A stretch of DNA of 64,000 nt from Adineta vaga (Eukaryota; Animalia; Rotifera), in NCBI GenBank assembly GCA_021613535.1, contig CP075496.1:4092001-4156000 (forward strand). Direction: 5' to 3'. Shown here in pieces: positions 25,726 through 39,842 of the stretch. Positions within the stretch are counted from its first letter, which is position 1. Each line of letters opens with the position of its first letter. The notes under the pieces were generated by a model. The model searched no databases, was not told the origin of the DNA, and saw only the letters and a list, made by a program, of their open reading frames with translations. The position numbers and the translations under genes were made by a program.

Positions 25726-28700
25726 AATACAATTTTTTTTACATATTAGATTGTTTATCCCGAGAATGCTTTCTGCTTTATTGTAGATGCTTGTGTGCGT
25801 GTGTATTATTTCTTTTCTCATTCTATTTTATTTTATGTGTGTGTGTCTGCGCGTCTAAAACTATCATCAACAGCTACTAATATAAGAATTGTTCAATCAC
25901 TCCCTCTCGCTCGCTCTCTCTCTCTCATTCTTATACGTTAAAATTTTTCTTTTTGTTTGTTGTGTCAGATTGCGAAAAACCAGAAGAGAACAAAAATCAA
26001 TCATGAAATTTTTATCGATGCCTTATGGATAGAAAGACCATCACAACAACATATACTTTGAACATTACTTAAGTAGTTCTTTTTCTTTCTTTTTTTGGGT
26101 TGTTTTTTCTGCCGTTTTTTTCTTTGTTGTTGTTGTTGTTGTTTTTTGCTAAGCGGAAAAAGAACAAGAAAGAACTCATCTATGAATTTATTCGATATCA
26201 TTTTCTTGATTATCTCATGTCGTTTCTAATTGAAAACAAAAAAAAATTGTCTTTCACCAATAATCATCTCTGTTACTCTCTAGAGATAAACAAAGAATTC
26301 GATCAGTCTGTTGTCTATTACTCTATCGAACCATATAAATGATCTTGTTTCCTTCATCTTTATGAGCAAGCATCGCCTTCCTAATCTATATAAATATATA
26401 TAGAAGCGAAAAACATACTGAAAAATAAGTTTATCGCTTTAGACGGAAGAATATTTGTTCTATCATTTGATACGATTAGAATTTTGCATCTTCATCAAAA
26501 TCGAACAAAAATTTGCCGCTATGCGTCTTATCGACTAGTTTATTTTCTTGTTAGTGTTTGTTCTTGAAAGAAACGATCTATTTGATCTATCAGAAATGCT
26601 CCATTGAGTACGGATGTGTCGGTTCAGAACAAAAAAAAAGAATGTTTTTTTAGTGATAAGATGTTTGATGATGAAGTCAAGTGAACAAGATATGAATGAT
26701 TTTGAGTTATATCATTGTTCTTTGATAAAGACATTAACAATTGAAAGCAAGTGAAAAGATATTTAATCATCGATCATGTAGACATAAACAATGAAGATGT
26801 CATTATTGAACTCAAATGAAAAATGTCCGACGAAACAATGTTAAAATTGATGATCATTTTTTTTTGCATATGAAAGCCGTTATCTACTTTTCATCTTGTA
26901 TAGAAGTTAAATTATATGCATACAATACAATATCTTTTTCGATTATTAATATAAGATAGATTATTCTTTCTCGATCATCAAAATCGATGCCCGTAGGAAG
27001 AATATTACTTGCATATTTATTTCTGTTCTTAATCAGTTTTTTATTCGTTTAGGTAGTATTAATTTCACATAGACGCCTTCTTATTATTACATATATGTAT
27101 ATATCTATCGAGATAGATGTGATGAATGGAGTACTTCAATATTTATCGATGAGGAATGTCATATGATTAAGATATTTCTTATCTTTATGACTAATATATA
27201 GCAAATGGTTGTTTTCAAGCAATAAACTGATAATATTATATATCAAGGAAAAAGAAAAACTGTTTGTCTTATCGATAAAAGTATTTGTGAAGCTATTTCT
27301 TCTCGGAAATTTTCATTGCTCCATGAAGCTAAAGAACGAGACTCGTTAATAAATGTCAATTCAATCTAAGAAGATTATCTCACAGTATAAATGATCATTG
27401 ATAATCGAATTCGACAAGTCTTTCTTGTTTATTGATGATATAAAACAGATATTCATGTTAATTAGTTGATTAAATTAAAAGATCCTCTATTTTCATCGAT
27501 GAAAACCTCTCAAGACAATTTACGAAGATATATCATACTATAGATCTTCATTGTATTCGAAGAAAACTGTCTCGATTATCAGTCGATGTTTCAAATCTAA
27601 TGTCTATATTCAGATTGACTATCTTTAAATTTTCAACATGTTTGCTATCGTTTCATTTTTATTAAAATATCAAATCTTAGATAAAAGAAACAATTGATAG
27701 ACGATTCTATTTTAGAGATATTCATTATGGCACTAATTCTGGGCTTGAAATAAACGTTACATTTCTATTTAGACCTCGTTGAAGTTACACAGAGAGCAAA
27801 ATCATTGCCTATACAATCAGTTTACTCCACTCTAGACTCCATTGTGTTCTACAGATCAATTTTTTTAGTTTTGTTTCTATTCTAACTAAATAAATTTATC
27901 AATAAAAATCCAATGATTAATTATTTAAATAGTCGACAGAAATTCATATGTGTCTGTGTGAAGTTCTGACAATTAAACATTGACGATCATTGTTTATTTC
28001 AACGTATTTCACGGAATGAGTTCATAAGTATATGATATGTTCTTGTTCCATACAGATTTATTTCGGTAACGGCACTCAAAACGATGAAAATTTCTTACAG
28101 AAAAACTACGCTAGGAACATTTATTGAATCGTAATCATTCAAAGTAAGTTCTTTTTTTTTCTACAACAATAATATTTTACATTCATTACTATAGTCATAT
28201 GAATATATAAGCTATGGAACTTCATTTTTTTCTTTTTAACTCGTTATTAACTAAGCGTGATATGACTGACTAATTATTCTTACAAGCTTTTTTTCTCGAC
28301 TATCATATAGATATAAATTGTTTTGCAATCAAACAACTATTTCCTTCTATCTCTAACACATTCATAGTTATTGAAAAACAAAAACAATCATCCTAATGCA
28401 ATTGATTCTATGTGTATGTTACATTTGTTTAATGTCAGAGATCTAGTGCACTCAATTTTCTGTTGATACAACAATACAGATACTGTATTTAATTACCATA
28501 AACTATCTAAAAAAAGCAATTGATCATATCATTATCTCTATTCGAATATGTAATATTTTCATATCATCAAGATAAATTTACACTTCGTATTTTATTTTTG
28601 AATTTAATGATATAAGTCAAGAAAAAAAACCCGAATAAGACGAAGAAGAAGAAGAAGATTATTCACAACTATAAATAAATCTCTATATAGATATATGTAT

Positions 28701-28748
28701 ATATATATACTGAAAGATTTGTCAATTTTTTCTTCTTTCTTTTTTTTT

Positions 28749-29815
28749 TCAACAACACCAACCATTTGTTCTAGTTCCATTCATCGTATTATTGTAATTA
28801 TCTCGATTATTATTCAATGATGATATTCCTGACATTTTCATCATATCATTTAATGTAAAATGTCCATTTGGAGAATTTTTTCGCGTTAATTCTTTATCGA
28901 GCAATGCTTGTGCCGTTGCCATAAATGCTAATTCAACATTTTGACCTGTTTTAGCTGATGTTTCCAGAAAACTAACTTCATAGTCTCGTGCTAAACGTTC
29001 ACCAGCTTCTCGAGAAACAACACGTTGAGATTTATCAATTTTATTTCCAATTAACATTATAATAACACCATCATTAGCAAATTCTTTGATTTCACCTAAC
29101 CAAGCTGCAATATTTTCAAATGATGAATATGATGTCACATCATAGAGTAAAAGTAATGCATTTGCATCACGATAATATGAATGTGTGACAGAACGAAAAC
29201 GTTCTTGTCCCGCCTGTAGAAGTAGAAGAAGAATAACAATATGTAATAATATGACAATATTAAAATTAACTTACAGTATCAAATATTTGTAATTTGATAT
29301 TTTTATCGCCTAATGTCACTAATTTATTTCGAAAATCAATTCCAACAGTTGCAATAAAACTTCCGGCTAAAAATGTTCCATCCTTAAATCGTACCAATAA
29401 ACATGTTTTACCTTAACACAACAAATTCATTCGAAATAAAAACTGTCTAGATTTTCTTGTACTTACCGACACCACTATCACCTAATAGCATGACTTTAAA
29501 TTGATACTGATTATTATTATTACTACTACTATTATTACTACTCATAACTTCTGTTGATGGTGATGTTGATAAGGAGAGATTGTTTGTACTAGGTGACGGT
29601 GATGTTGACGTATAATGTTGACTTTCCACTTGATATGGTGCTTGTCTGGATAATTCATTCATTGATTTTGCTTGTGTTTCATAATATTGTGCTGTTAGTG
29701 GACCTGTATAAACATATCCTTCGCCATAAGTAGTCGTTGATGAACGTTCATTATTATGGATTGGTGTAAAAGAAGAACATGGTGTTGATTTAGAATATGT
29801 ATTCAAATGATCCAT
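28749..29815 (-). CDS. RAB26: Rab26/Rab37-like small GTPase
   Basis: Three exons give [72 protein letters not shown] and a C-terminal WCC. Confidence 0.9.
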
Positions 29816-31753
29816 CGATGAAGAAGATTTTGTTAATGTACTTTTGTTAATAGTATGTTAATTATCACATTATAGAATATCTAAAGTTAAATACAATCTT
29901 GTCTGTAAACAAATAAGTAGATAAATCATCTTCTTTAAACTAAAGTCGATACGTATCAATAGAAAGACTTTGAAAAGTTTACAAAATGGTTTATAACTAC
30001 GAGTAAAGAAGAAGAAGAAGAAGTAGTAGAATCATTCTTACTAGTAAACATTTTCATAACAATAGAATTACCTTGTCAACTATAAGAATGAAGCTAAGAG
30101 CTGATTATCAGACTTTCTAATTCTTTCTGAAGAAAAGATGCGTATATGCGTGTTCAAGAAGTACTACTCAATGGAAAGACCGGAATAGCAAAATGAAGGG
30201 AAAATGGAGTTTTGAGAGAGATCATGTTCTTCTTCTTCTTCTTCTGTCTCTGTCTCTCTCTCTCTTGCTTTCTTCTCCCCTTCTGCTTTCCACAGAGCCA
30301 TTAGTGCACCTCTATTACTTATGCATTTCGTTCTGTTGTATTTATCTCCTTATTTTTGCTCATCAATAGCGACAACTATTTCACATAGTTCTTATTAAAT
30401 ATTCAGCTACTTCTTACAGTCACAACATCGACAAGATGTCTGTTAAAAAAAGCGAAGAAACTGACAGAAATAAACTAAAAGGAAGAGAAACGACAGTAAA
30501 ATAACGTAAAAAAACAAGTGTGACAGAATCACTACTATTTATACTGTTTATGAACAAGAAAAAAATTGTTTTAAAGAAACCCAAGCGAGAAAGTTCATTT
30601 CAACACCGTTAATTATCAATCATTTTCCCCTTTTCTCTCTCTCTCTCACTGACCCTTTTCGCTAATCAACAGTCACAAACTAGAAAGATTGAAACATGAC
30701 AATTATTATGCTTGATAGATATTCTAAGATGCATTCTAAACTATGCTCTCCTCTCCAGCCACATAGATAAATATTTAACTTTCTTTTTATAAACCTGTCA
30801 CTGACAATTTAACTCGAGATATATTAACTATAATCATCAATGTCAAAAGCAATACGGTGCATTTATAATTGCATCAATACCGAAACTATCAGAGGACATG
30901 TATGTGTTTTGAATATGGAAATCAAAGAAAAAAAAAATATATGATAATCTAGTTTATTTTATTAATATGTTATAAAATCGTGCTCAGTTTTCTAGTCAAT
31001 GTGTTTTCTATCGGATAAAGACTTGGAATCTTTCTGTTTTTTCACAAAAGAAAACTAAATACACAAACATCATGATTACACCATCGTTGTTCGTGTTCTT
31101 CAACTCGGATAATAAATAAAGACTGTGTTGTTATTGAATAGAAACTCGTGCTCGTCAACTAATTGTTATTTTAGATGCTACATCTTTCTCTTCTTCTTTT
31201 TTTCTCGTTTTTTTTTATAGAAAAAAAAGTAAGGGTAGTTACTATAGTCGATGGCATCTTTCCCGTCAAGCATGCGCACTTGAATCTCGTTCATTTCCGT
31301 CACATCAGAAAAAAGAAAACGACTTGTTTCTGTTTTCTCTCTCTCTCTCCTCAAGTAGATCTTCTTATCTTTCGAGGGTCATAAATAGTCCGATATACCT
31401 ATCTTTATTCCTGTCATTATTATCTGCTCATTAGTAATAATAGAACAAAAGAATGTGTAAATAAAAAGAAAAAATCAATAATTTGTCTGATACTCCTAAC
31501 AATATTGATTACTTAGATAATAAAGATAAAAGATTTAATAGAATTATTTGAATAGAATATGATTAGTATTTGTTATTTTTATTTCATTATTTATGATTAA
31601 TAAAAATTGGGCAAAATACATCGAGTTTTTTTTATTAGTATTGATAATGATGATGGTATTTGTTTATTTCTAAAAAGAACTTTTGTTTCATGTGAACATG
31701 AATATGATCTCGTGTGACCGTTATTCTCCGAAGGAGATTAATTTAATAAGAAT

Positions 31754-32245
31754 TGGGATAATGAAAAAGCTGCCTTCTAAGTTAATCTTTTTGTTTTTAA
31801 GTATACCGAGATGAGAACAGAGAGAGAGAGAGAGGAGAGGAAGTTATGTAAACTATTCTTCCTTTTTCTCTTCTAATGAAGTTAAAGAAACAGCGAGTGC
31901 ATTATAGAAGAAAAGATGCAGTTAATAGTATCTAAATGATACAATGAATCTTATGTGTAGACAAATATTAAAGAATTTTCAGATGGACTATATTTGAATG
32001 GGATAATGAAAAAGCTGCCTTCTAAGTTAATCTTTTTGTTTTTAACTATACCGAGATGAGAACAGAGGGAGAGAGAGAGAGGAGAGGAAGTTATGTAAAC
32101 TATTCTTCCTTTTTCTCTTCTAATGAAGTTAAAGGAACAGGGAGTGCATTATAGAAGAAAAGATGCAGTTAATAGTATCTAAATGATTCAATCAATCTTA
32201 TATGTAGACAAATATTAAAGAGTTTTCAGATAAACTATATTTGAA
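31754..32245. repeat. Direct tandem duplication, two copies of ~245 nt
   Basis: Copy 1 (31754-31998) and copy 2 (31999-32245) both start TGGGATAATGAAAAAGCTGCC. They differ by scattered substitutions and a GA-repeat length change. Confidence 0.95.
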
Positions 32246-33151
32246 TTCAACATGAGAAACTTGTTATAGTACTCATTATGAACTTATTTCAATTATAAAT
32301 AGATAAACCCATGTAGTGTGTGTTTAGTTTTCACTTTGTAGACTTCAGTTGTTGATGAAACAGTATAACAAATCTTTTGTGAATAGATTATGTTATTTGA
32401 CCATTGAGAAAGATAGAATGAAAAGATTCTTGTCACTTTTTTTATTTCCTAATATGAATAAACGACAGCTATTCTGATCTAATTTTTATTAACGAAAAAA
32501 GAATTGTTTGTTGAGCCAACGCCTATGAATGTAAGTGGCAAGAAAAAAGATGATAATCAAACTTAGTAGTAAGACGTCAAAAAAACATTTCAACCCGCTA
32601 GCACACTATCATTAAAGAGTCTTCAAAAGAAAAGATTTCTAATACAAATATATAACGTTTGATGATTATCCTATTCGACGGCACTGTCTTTAATATTCCT
32701 GAAGTATTTTATAAAGTACTGCACTAATAAACGGATATTTACGTGATTGTTGTAGTTCATCCGTCTTCAATTCAATGGTTGATAGTTAAAATTATATATG
32801 AAAATTCTGAAAAAATAAAGATCTTTGACTGATCTCTTGTTGATACTTTTTGACTTTAAAAATGTTTTCCATCAAAAATCCTAATGTATTAGAATTCCGG
32901 CTCTTAGAAGACGTCCGGTCGTTTTAACATGTTAAATTTAATAAAAAGAAACTGCTGTTTCAAGATTTTTCGTCCTGTGCAGATTGTCTATGCAATATTT
33001 TATATAGGTTAGTAATTTTAATATGAAAGTATTTCTATCAGATCAAATAATTCTTTCCACTAACTAATTAGCGCATTTTATGTAACTATGCTTATTGATT
33101 CATTTCGTAAATTTTTTTTTCTTTTGTTTTTCTCACATTTTTCTTTTCAAA

Positions 33152-33868
33152 ATGCAAATTTCTCATCGACAAAATCGTTTACTTCTTCGAATACTTCATT
33201 GTTTCGGAATGTTTTTTGGATTGATTGTATTTATTTATGAACTTATCTTTACACAGAAAACATCAATGATTATCTGTTACTTTTGTTATCTATTGGTAAC
33301 TAGTGCAACACTCTATCTTTTATTCTATCGTCAACGACCAAATAGAAAATTTGCCTACATCACATTTTATGCTATGACTTGTGTAACAATGATGTTCTTT
33401 ATAACTTATATTTATGAATCAGTTACTCTTGTTTCTGGAATGAAAACTAATCTTATTGAACATATTGAAGAGAATAAAGCAGCAAATCCAACTTTAATTG
33501 CAGTGATTAAAATGAGCCAGTAAGTGAAATGAAATATGTCATTTTTTGATTTGTTCGATGATTATTGATATAGCTGTTGTACAATCGATGAGAACAGTCA
33601 TACAAAAGAAAATTTTCAAAGTTTTCAAATGAAATATCCTAATACATGTGGCACTATTGCATTTGATCAGGCAGCATCATGTTTACAATTTATTAAAAAT
33701 CAAAGAAATTTAACGATATTTTATAGTTGTATTATGATCATTCTTCGTATATTAATATTAATCTTATTGTGGAAATATATAAAAGAAGAGTATAGTAATT
33801 CTAATAATGAAACAACAAATCATTCTGGGACTAATAATGAACGATCAGCAACCAATTCAATTGCCTGA
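33152..33868 (+). CDS. Four-transmembrane tetraspanin-like protein
   Basis: Two exons. Three N-terminal hydrophobic helices, then a loop with HCC...TCG...SC cysteines, then a fourth helix and a short tail. Confidence 0.55.
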
Positions 33869-34050
33869 TGAAAAACTCTTTTTTTGTTCATTTTAAAGTC
33901 ATATTGTTTGATTAGGAAACAACAAATGTGTGTAGAACAAATTTGATCCTTTCATTTGTTATATAAGAATACCGTTTATTTTCATACATATTTAACTAAA
34001 GATGAGGAAATAGAATAAAAGAACTAGAAAGAATAATGTTGATAGATAAA

Positions 34051-35377
34051 TTAAATAAATCCAGGAATAAAAGCGTATGGAACACGTTCACAATAAATTT
34101 TCCAATCTTTGCCATATTTATTTTCACATCGTGCCATATCGCGTGTATAACGATGGACAATCATGCCTGTAAAAAATGCAGGATAGAAATAAGGTAATAA
34201 ACCTGGCCACTGATGACATGATAATGCCCAACATGAGACATACAAATATCAGCAGTATATTGTGGTTTACGACAATATTTGAAATAACCATCAACTAATA
34301 GCGGTGATCCACATTCAGTTTTTAAATATTTCGGATTTTTTATTACATTCCACGGAACTTGTGGAAATGCATTTCGTGGAATATACGTTCCTTGTTGTTG
34401 CATACGAAAACGAATTTTTTGTGATAATGATGAATCCCATATATAGTAAGCAAGAAAAAGAACAACAAATAGTACTAATATCAATGTCATCGATACACCT
34501 TCATTTGGGTTTGAATTTTTTAAAGAATTTACAAGTATGTAATATGCTTGAAATGCATAAACAAATGGAACACCAGCTAAATTCCAATAGATTAACATCC
34601 AACCCCATTTCTCATAAAATATATCCCATGTTGTCGGAATACATTCGTCACCTTTCATACAAGCATTAATATACAATAATTGAGCTGTTAAAATAAATAT
34701 CATTGGCCATGACAGAGTTTGAAATACATCGTATTGTTTAACTGCTGCAGAAATAACCAAAAGAAATAATAAAAGCCATGATAAACGAACTTCAGCTAAC
34801 ATTTTCAAATCAACATCTTCTCCAAGAATTCTCACTCGTGGATTCAACCAAACGCCCATGAAAAAATCATAAATAGGTGAATGAGTCATTCGACATGTTT
34901 GTTTGGTTTGTATAGCATAGAAATGAATAATTATCGAAAGAATATCACTACAAATTACACAACACATAGGACAGAACCAAACTGATCAGCTAAGATTGTT
35001 AAACGAACAAGACCAGTGACATGAAGAACTGCAACAAGGATTAATGTAACATACCAACTAGCTAATGCATTGCATTTGTATGTATATTGTCGATTATTTT
35101 CTGTAGGTACTGGTAAACCTTTCACCTCTGGACCAGGTAATATAGCAGCAAAAATAAGTTGTAAGAAACAAAATCCTGTATAGAGAAAGAATGCTGACCA
35201 TGTTGGTAAACAAGTGTCTTTCAAATTTTGAATTAATTCATCAAATGAAGATGGTCGATAGAATCCGCCAGCATTATATTGAAGTGAAAGAGCGAAATAA
35301 AATGGTATAAAATGCGAGAATACCATCAAACCAATCGCTCCTGGTGTACCACCAAATTCTCTTTCTTCCTTACGCAT
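34051..35377 (-). CDS. ERG4: ERG4-type delta24(24(1))-sterol reductase (ERG4/ERG24 family) with two apparent 1-nt frameshifts
   Basis: EFGGTPG, YKCNALASW, IYDFFMGVWLNPR, DLKMLAEVRLSW, YINACMKGDECIPTTWDIFYEKWGWMLIYWNLAGVPFVY, SQKIRFR...RNAFPQVPW, RKPQYTAD, KYGKDW..YC..VPY. Frame breaks near 34960 and 34240. No coding intron. Confidence 0.88.
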
Positions 35378-36578
35378 CGTTGATAATCGTCTAAAGCTAG
35401 AATTATTCTAAAAACTAAAAATACTAGTCGAAAAAAGATTCGTTATCATAATCTTTAATGTTCATTACGCTTCATATATTCTAAGATAAAAATGTAACTT
35501 TCTTAGCATCTCATAGTTTTTTATGTTCTCTATTTCTATTGCCTTCATCCGTCTTTTCGTGTAATTCAACTGATCAGCAGATACTCACGCCATACGAAAA
35601 TAACTTTTCACCTTTACTTTTTTTTCTTCCTGTGTGCTTGACGTATTTCGATTCGCACCGTCGTAGGTTCTTCATTCTTCTATTTGTGCTCAATATTGGA
35701 TTTTCTCACAAAGGTCAACAATCAAGGACAAGAATTCGATTTACCTACTACTTTTGCATCCATCAAATCCAGTTCAACATTGTGAAAGGCTATATTGTTT
35801 TAAAATTACGATATTCGTATCTGTATCGGGAGTAGTAATTAGATGAGGACTATGAAATCTTACTCATAAATATACGAATATTACCACTGTTAATAACCTA
35901 AGTGAAGTACAATTGCTTCTTCGAATCCAATGAATATAGAACGATAACGAAAGTAAGAGAACATTATTTATATATACATAGTTTAGTTACGTCAGAGAAA
36001 AGATCACGCCATATATTTCTTCGTATAGAAATGACGTCATATATATATATATATATATATATCCAAATAATATCTGAGAATTAGTAAAACTTATAACAAT
36101 TGATAGTAGTCTATTTAGTTTTATAAAACAATTTCTTCTATCATTCAATTCATTTTTATTCTTTTATCATATACAAAATCTTCCTTTGTTTTTATTACAA
36201 ATCTATATAAATCAAAGCACGTTTTCACAGTGCCTATCGAATATAATTATTGTCGAGTAGTCCTAATATCAAATTTTGTTTATCTTCCTTTTATTCTCCT
36301 TATCAAGCAATTGTGTTAAAAAGTTTATTATTATTATCATCAACAATGCTTACAAATAAAAAAATCGATCGGTTTTGTTCTTTCGTATTTCAAGTAGAAA
36401 AAAAAGAAAAACAGTTTAAAATATAATATATAAAACACATACATGTATACATATATATTCGCATTTAATCAATATAGTTATGGAAGTAAAAATAAAAATG
36501 TATCGAAAATAACTATTTCATTTTCAGTATTTTGTCCTAATGAAACATTTGCACGAATGATTCAATGAACAACAAAGA

Positions 36579-39500
36579 CTAGACTGATAATTGTAGTCGA
36601 CTGGCAAAAACATATGAATGAACAGATCCATCATTATTACCAAAGAAGAACATTCCATGATTATGAGCTATGGTGGTTATAGGTAGATTATCACAGATAT
36701 TTAATGTATAAACTTTCTCACAAATTTTTAAATTCCATACATCACATGAACCATTGATTAAACCAACAATTAACATTTGAGAGGAATAAAATAAACAATT
36801 GAATAGTTGATCATTTGATAAACATGTATTTGTAAAAACATCAGTACCAGATATGATATCAACTAATGTAATCGTTGTTGCAGATAAATAAGCAAGAAAA
36901 CGTCCATCGATACGAAATGATACTGATAAAATTGGTGTTGAAAGTGATGCTAATTGTTTTAAAATTTGTCCTGTTTGAAAATGACAAAGATAAACGGAAC
37001 CATCTTGACAACCAACGGATAAAAGTGAATGTTCTTCTAATACATTCATACATGTACATGATGAATCAAATGAAATATCATATTGCATGAAAAGCATGAA
37101 TGATCGATGAGAATCTGATGTAAATACATATTTTTCTTCATCCATAATCAGAAGATTTTCTAAAGACCAAAAACGAACAGTAGCATCACTTGATGATGTA
37201 CATAAGAGTGCTGGTGTCGATCGATTCGTTACATATAAATCTGTAATAACATCATCATGTAATATTTGAGATAGTATCGATGTGCCTGTATCTAAATTAT
37301 AAATATATAATGTATGATCATAACCACCGATAAATGCTAATGAACATTGTTCATTGGTATCAATGGATAAACGAACAGGTATAGATTTCAAACAAGTTAA
37401 TGGACGTGATGAGACATAGAAATAAGCGTCATTTTTACTTGAATCAACAATATAATTACGTAAGAAACCATCATCACCAATAGTTAATAAATGTGTTGTT
37501 GATAATAATGGATGTGGTATAATTCGTGTCACAGCAGTTTTATGTAAACGACAGATAGAATCAAATTCAAATTGGCCTAATTCATGTTCTTCAAATGATG
37601 ATAGAGATTGAATTCGTGGACGAATGGGATTAGATTCAATTGGATCTATTGGAGTATCAATTGGTGTTAGTGAAATACTTGTATTCGCATTCTTTTCTTG
37701 TTCACTACCTAAGTAAAAACGAAGAAAATGACAAGCTAAAGATTCTTTTAACAATTATTAAATAAACTACTTACAATCGTCTAACTCTTTTTTTGTCAGT
37801 TTTCGTGGATGTGGTTTGAAGAAAAGCTAGAATAAACGAATATTTATTTTGAAAAAAAAAGATTTTCGTAGTTTTACTTGTTTAGGAACCTGTCCAAATT
37901 CTAGAATTTGTGTTTCTAACGATAAATATTCATTAAATTCGTCAGCTGATTTAGAAATTTGATTTTCTGGTACTCCATATGTTAAATAATGAAATAAATT
38001 ATCCGCTGCTCGTGCTTCTTCTCCACGTTGTTTATAACCAAAGATAAGATCAATCCATTGATGTAAATGTTGTGAAACATAATCACTTTCTAATGCTTGA
38101 CGCATTTTATATATAAAATCATTGGGATTTTCTGCCCATGGTGGAAGAATAACATCTCCAACAGATACATCATCATGTCGAATACCGAAATCAATCGTAA
38201 ATTGATTGATTAAAAATTCTCCATCGTGCCGATGTTCTTCATCATCATTACCATTTTCAACATCATCAAATTTTGATGACATATAAAATTCAGGTATTAA
38301 TTCTTTCACATCCGAATCACTTGTTAATACACTTTTCCATGTATCAATTAGTGAATGAAATAATCGATCCGGATGATCAAATCGACCATCATTTAAACAT
38401 AAACTAAATTGTGGATAAAGTCGACAAAGAAAATAAACAAGAAAACCTGGATTGGAATAAAAACTTCCATAAAGAAAACGATGAGAATCTGATGGTAAAC
38501 TCATATTGATATAACGTTCTTTCAAACGCTCTAAACGTTCAATATTGAGTGCACCTATTGGTTTACTTAGATCACGAAATGTTTGCGGATCATTTAAATC
38601 AAGATTGACAGCTGTATAATTTCTTAATACCCATGGAAAAACTGGATATTGTGAACAATCATGAAAGGAACGTTCAGCACGATCATTTAAATAAAGTAAA
38701 TAATCATAATTTGATATTGTACCTTGTTGCCATCGTAAAGTCATATTTTCGAATGAAGTCGAATCAACTTGAACGGATGTTTGAGTTCGAACAAGATCAT
38801 AAAATCTTGAACATAACGATTCATTTGCAAAAACTAAATATAGAATTTTACTTTGATTCGTTCGTCTACAAAAACAAAAGAAAAGAAGAGAAGAGAGACA
38901 ATTTTCAAACCATATGATGAATTATATTTACAGATCAGTTAAATTAAATTGTAATTCACAACCAATATATCGAAATTTATATCGTCTTTTTCTTATTTTA
39001 CATAATGTATGTAAGTCATATTTAACAATTCGTTGTTCATTTATATTATTCAATGCTTGAAAGTAACAACATTGATCTGTTAATAAACATTTTCCAGGAT
39101 TTTGTATCAATGGTTTAATAACATACGCATCTTCTTCGAAAAGAATACGTTCATTTAAATCTTTTAATTGTTTTAAATCAAATTTAAGCATTTTTAATCG
39201 TCCTTGAACAATTGATTCAACCATCATGACTTGATCAGGATAGAGTAATGTTGTTGAACGATAAAGTTGTCCAACAACAGACAAACAATCTTCAACACTT
39301 GTATAGAAAAATTCAAACGAAAATCGATGTTTTTCATATAAAGTTGTATATGGTTCAATTCGTCCACCAATTGACATTAATGTAACAGATGAACAGATTA
39401 AAATCAAACAATTCGATGTTGTTTTCGTTGGACTTAATGGTGTTGATACGATCGTCGAAGCTGTAAGACTCAGTTCATTTTTTCTACCATCTTCAAATTT

Positions 39501-39728
39501 TAAAATTTGTTTATATAGAATTTTAATCATTGGCGAACGAATATCATTGGGAACAAAGACAAGAGATTTCGAACAAATTTTTAAACGACCTTTGATTTTC
39601 ATTTGTTCAAAATCCTTCAATGAACTTTCACAATCGACAGCATAATCTTCAAAATAGATTTCATTTGCTGAAAGATTATATAAAGAAAAGGTATGTTGTC
39701 GAACAGATGATTGACGTCGTGAAGTCAT
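36579..39728 (-). CDS. NSMAF: Protein FAN (neutral sphingomyelinase activation-associated factor): GRAM/PH, BEACH, WD40
   Basis: N-terminal FSLYNL...EIYFEDY and GRLKICSKSLVF; BEACH WQQGTISNYDYLLYLN...QYPVFPWV...VKELIPEFY...WIDLIFGYKQRG...FGQVPKQL; C-terminal WD40 repeats. Confidence 0.92.
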
Positions 39729-39842
39729 TTGAAGAATCTTTTTTTTTCTAGAAAACGAGGAAATTATTTATAATTAAGTCAAAAAATTGTTTGATTAAGT
39801 AAAAATAAACAAAATATAAACAAAAAACGACTTTCAAATGTC

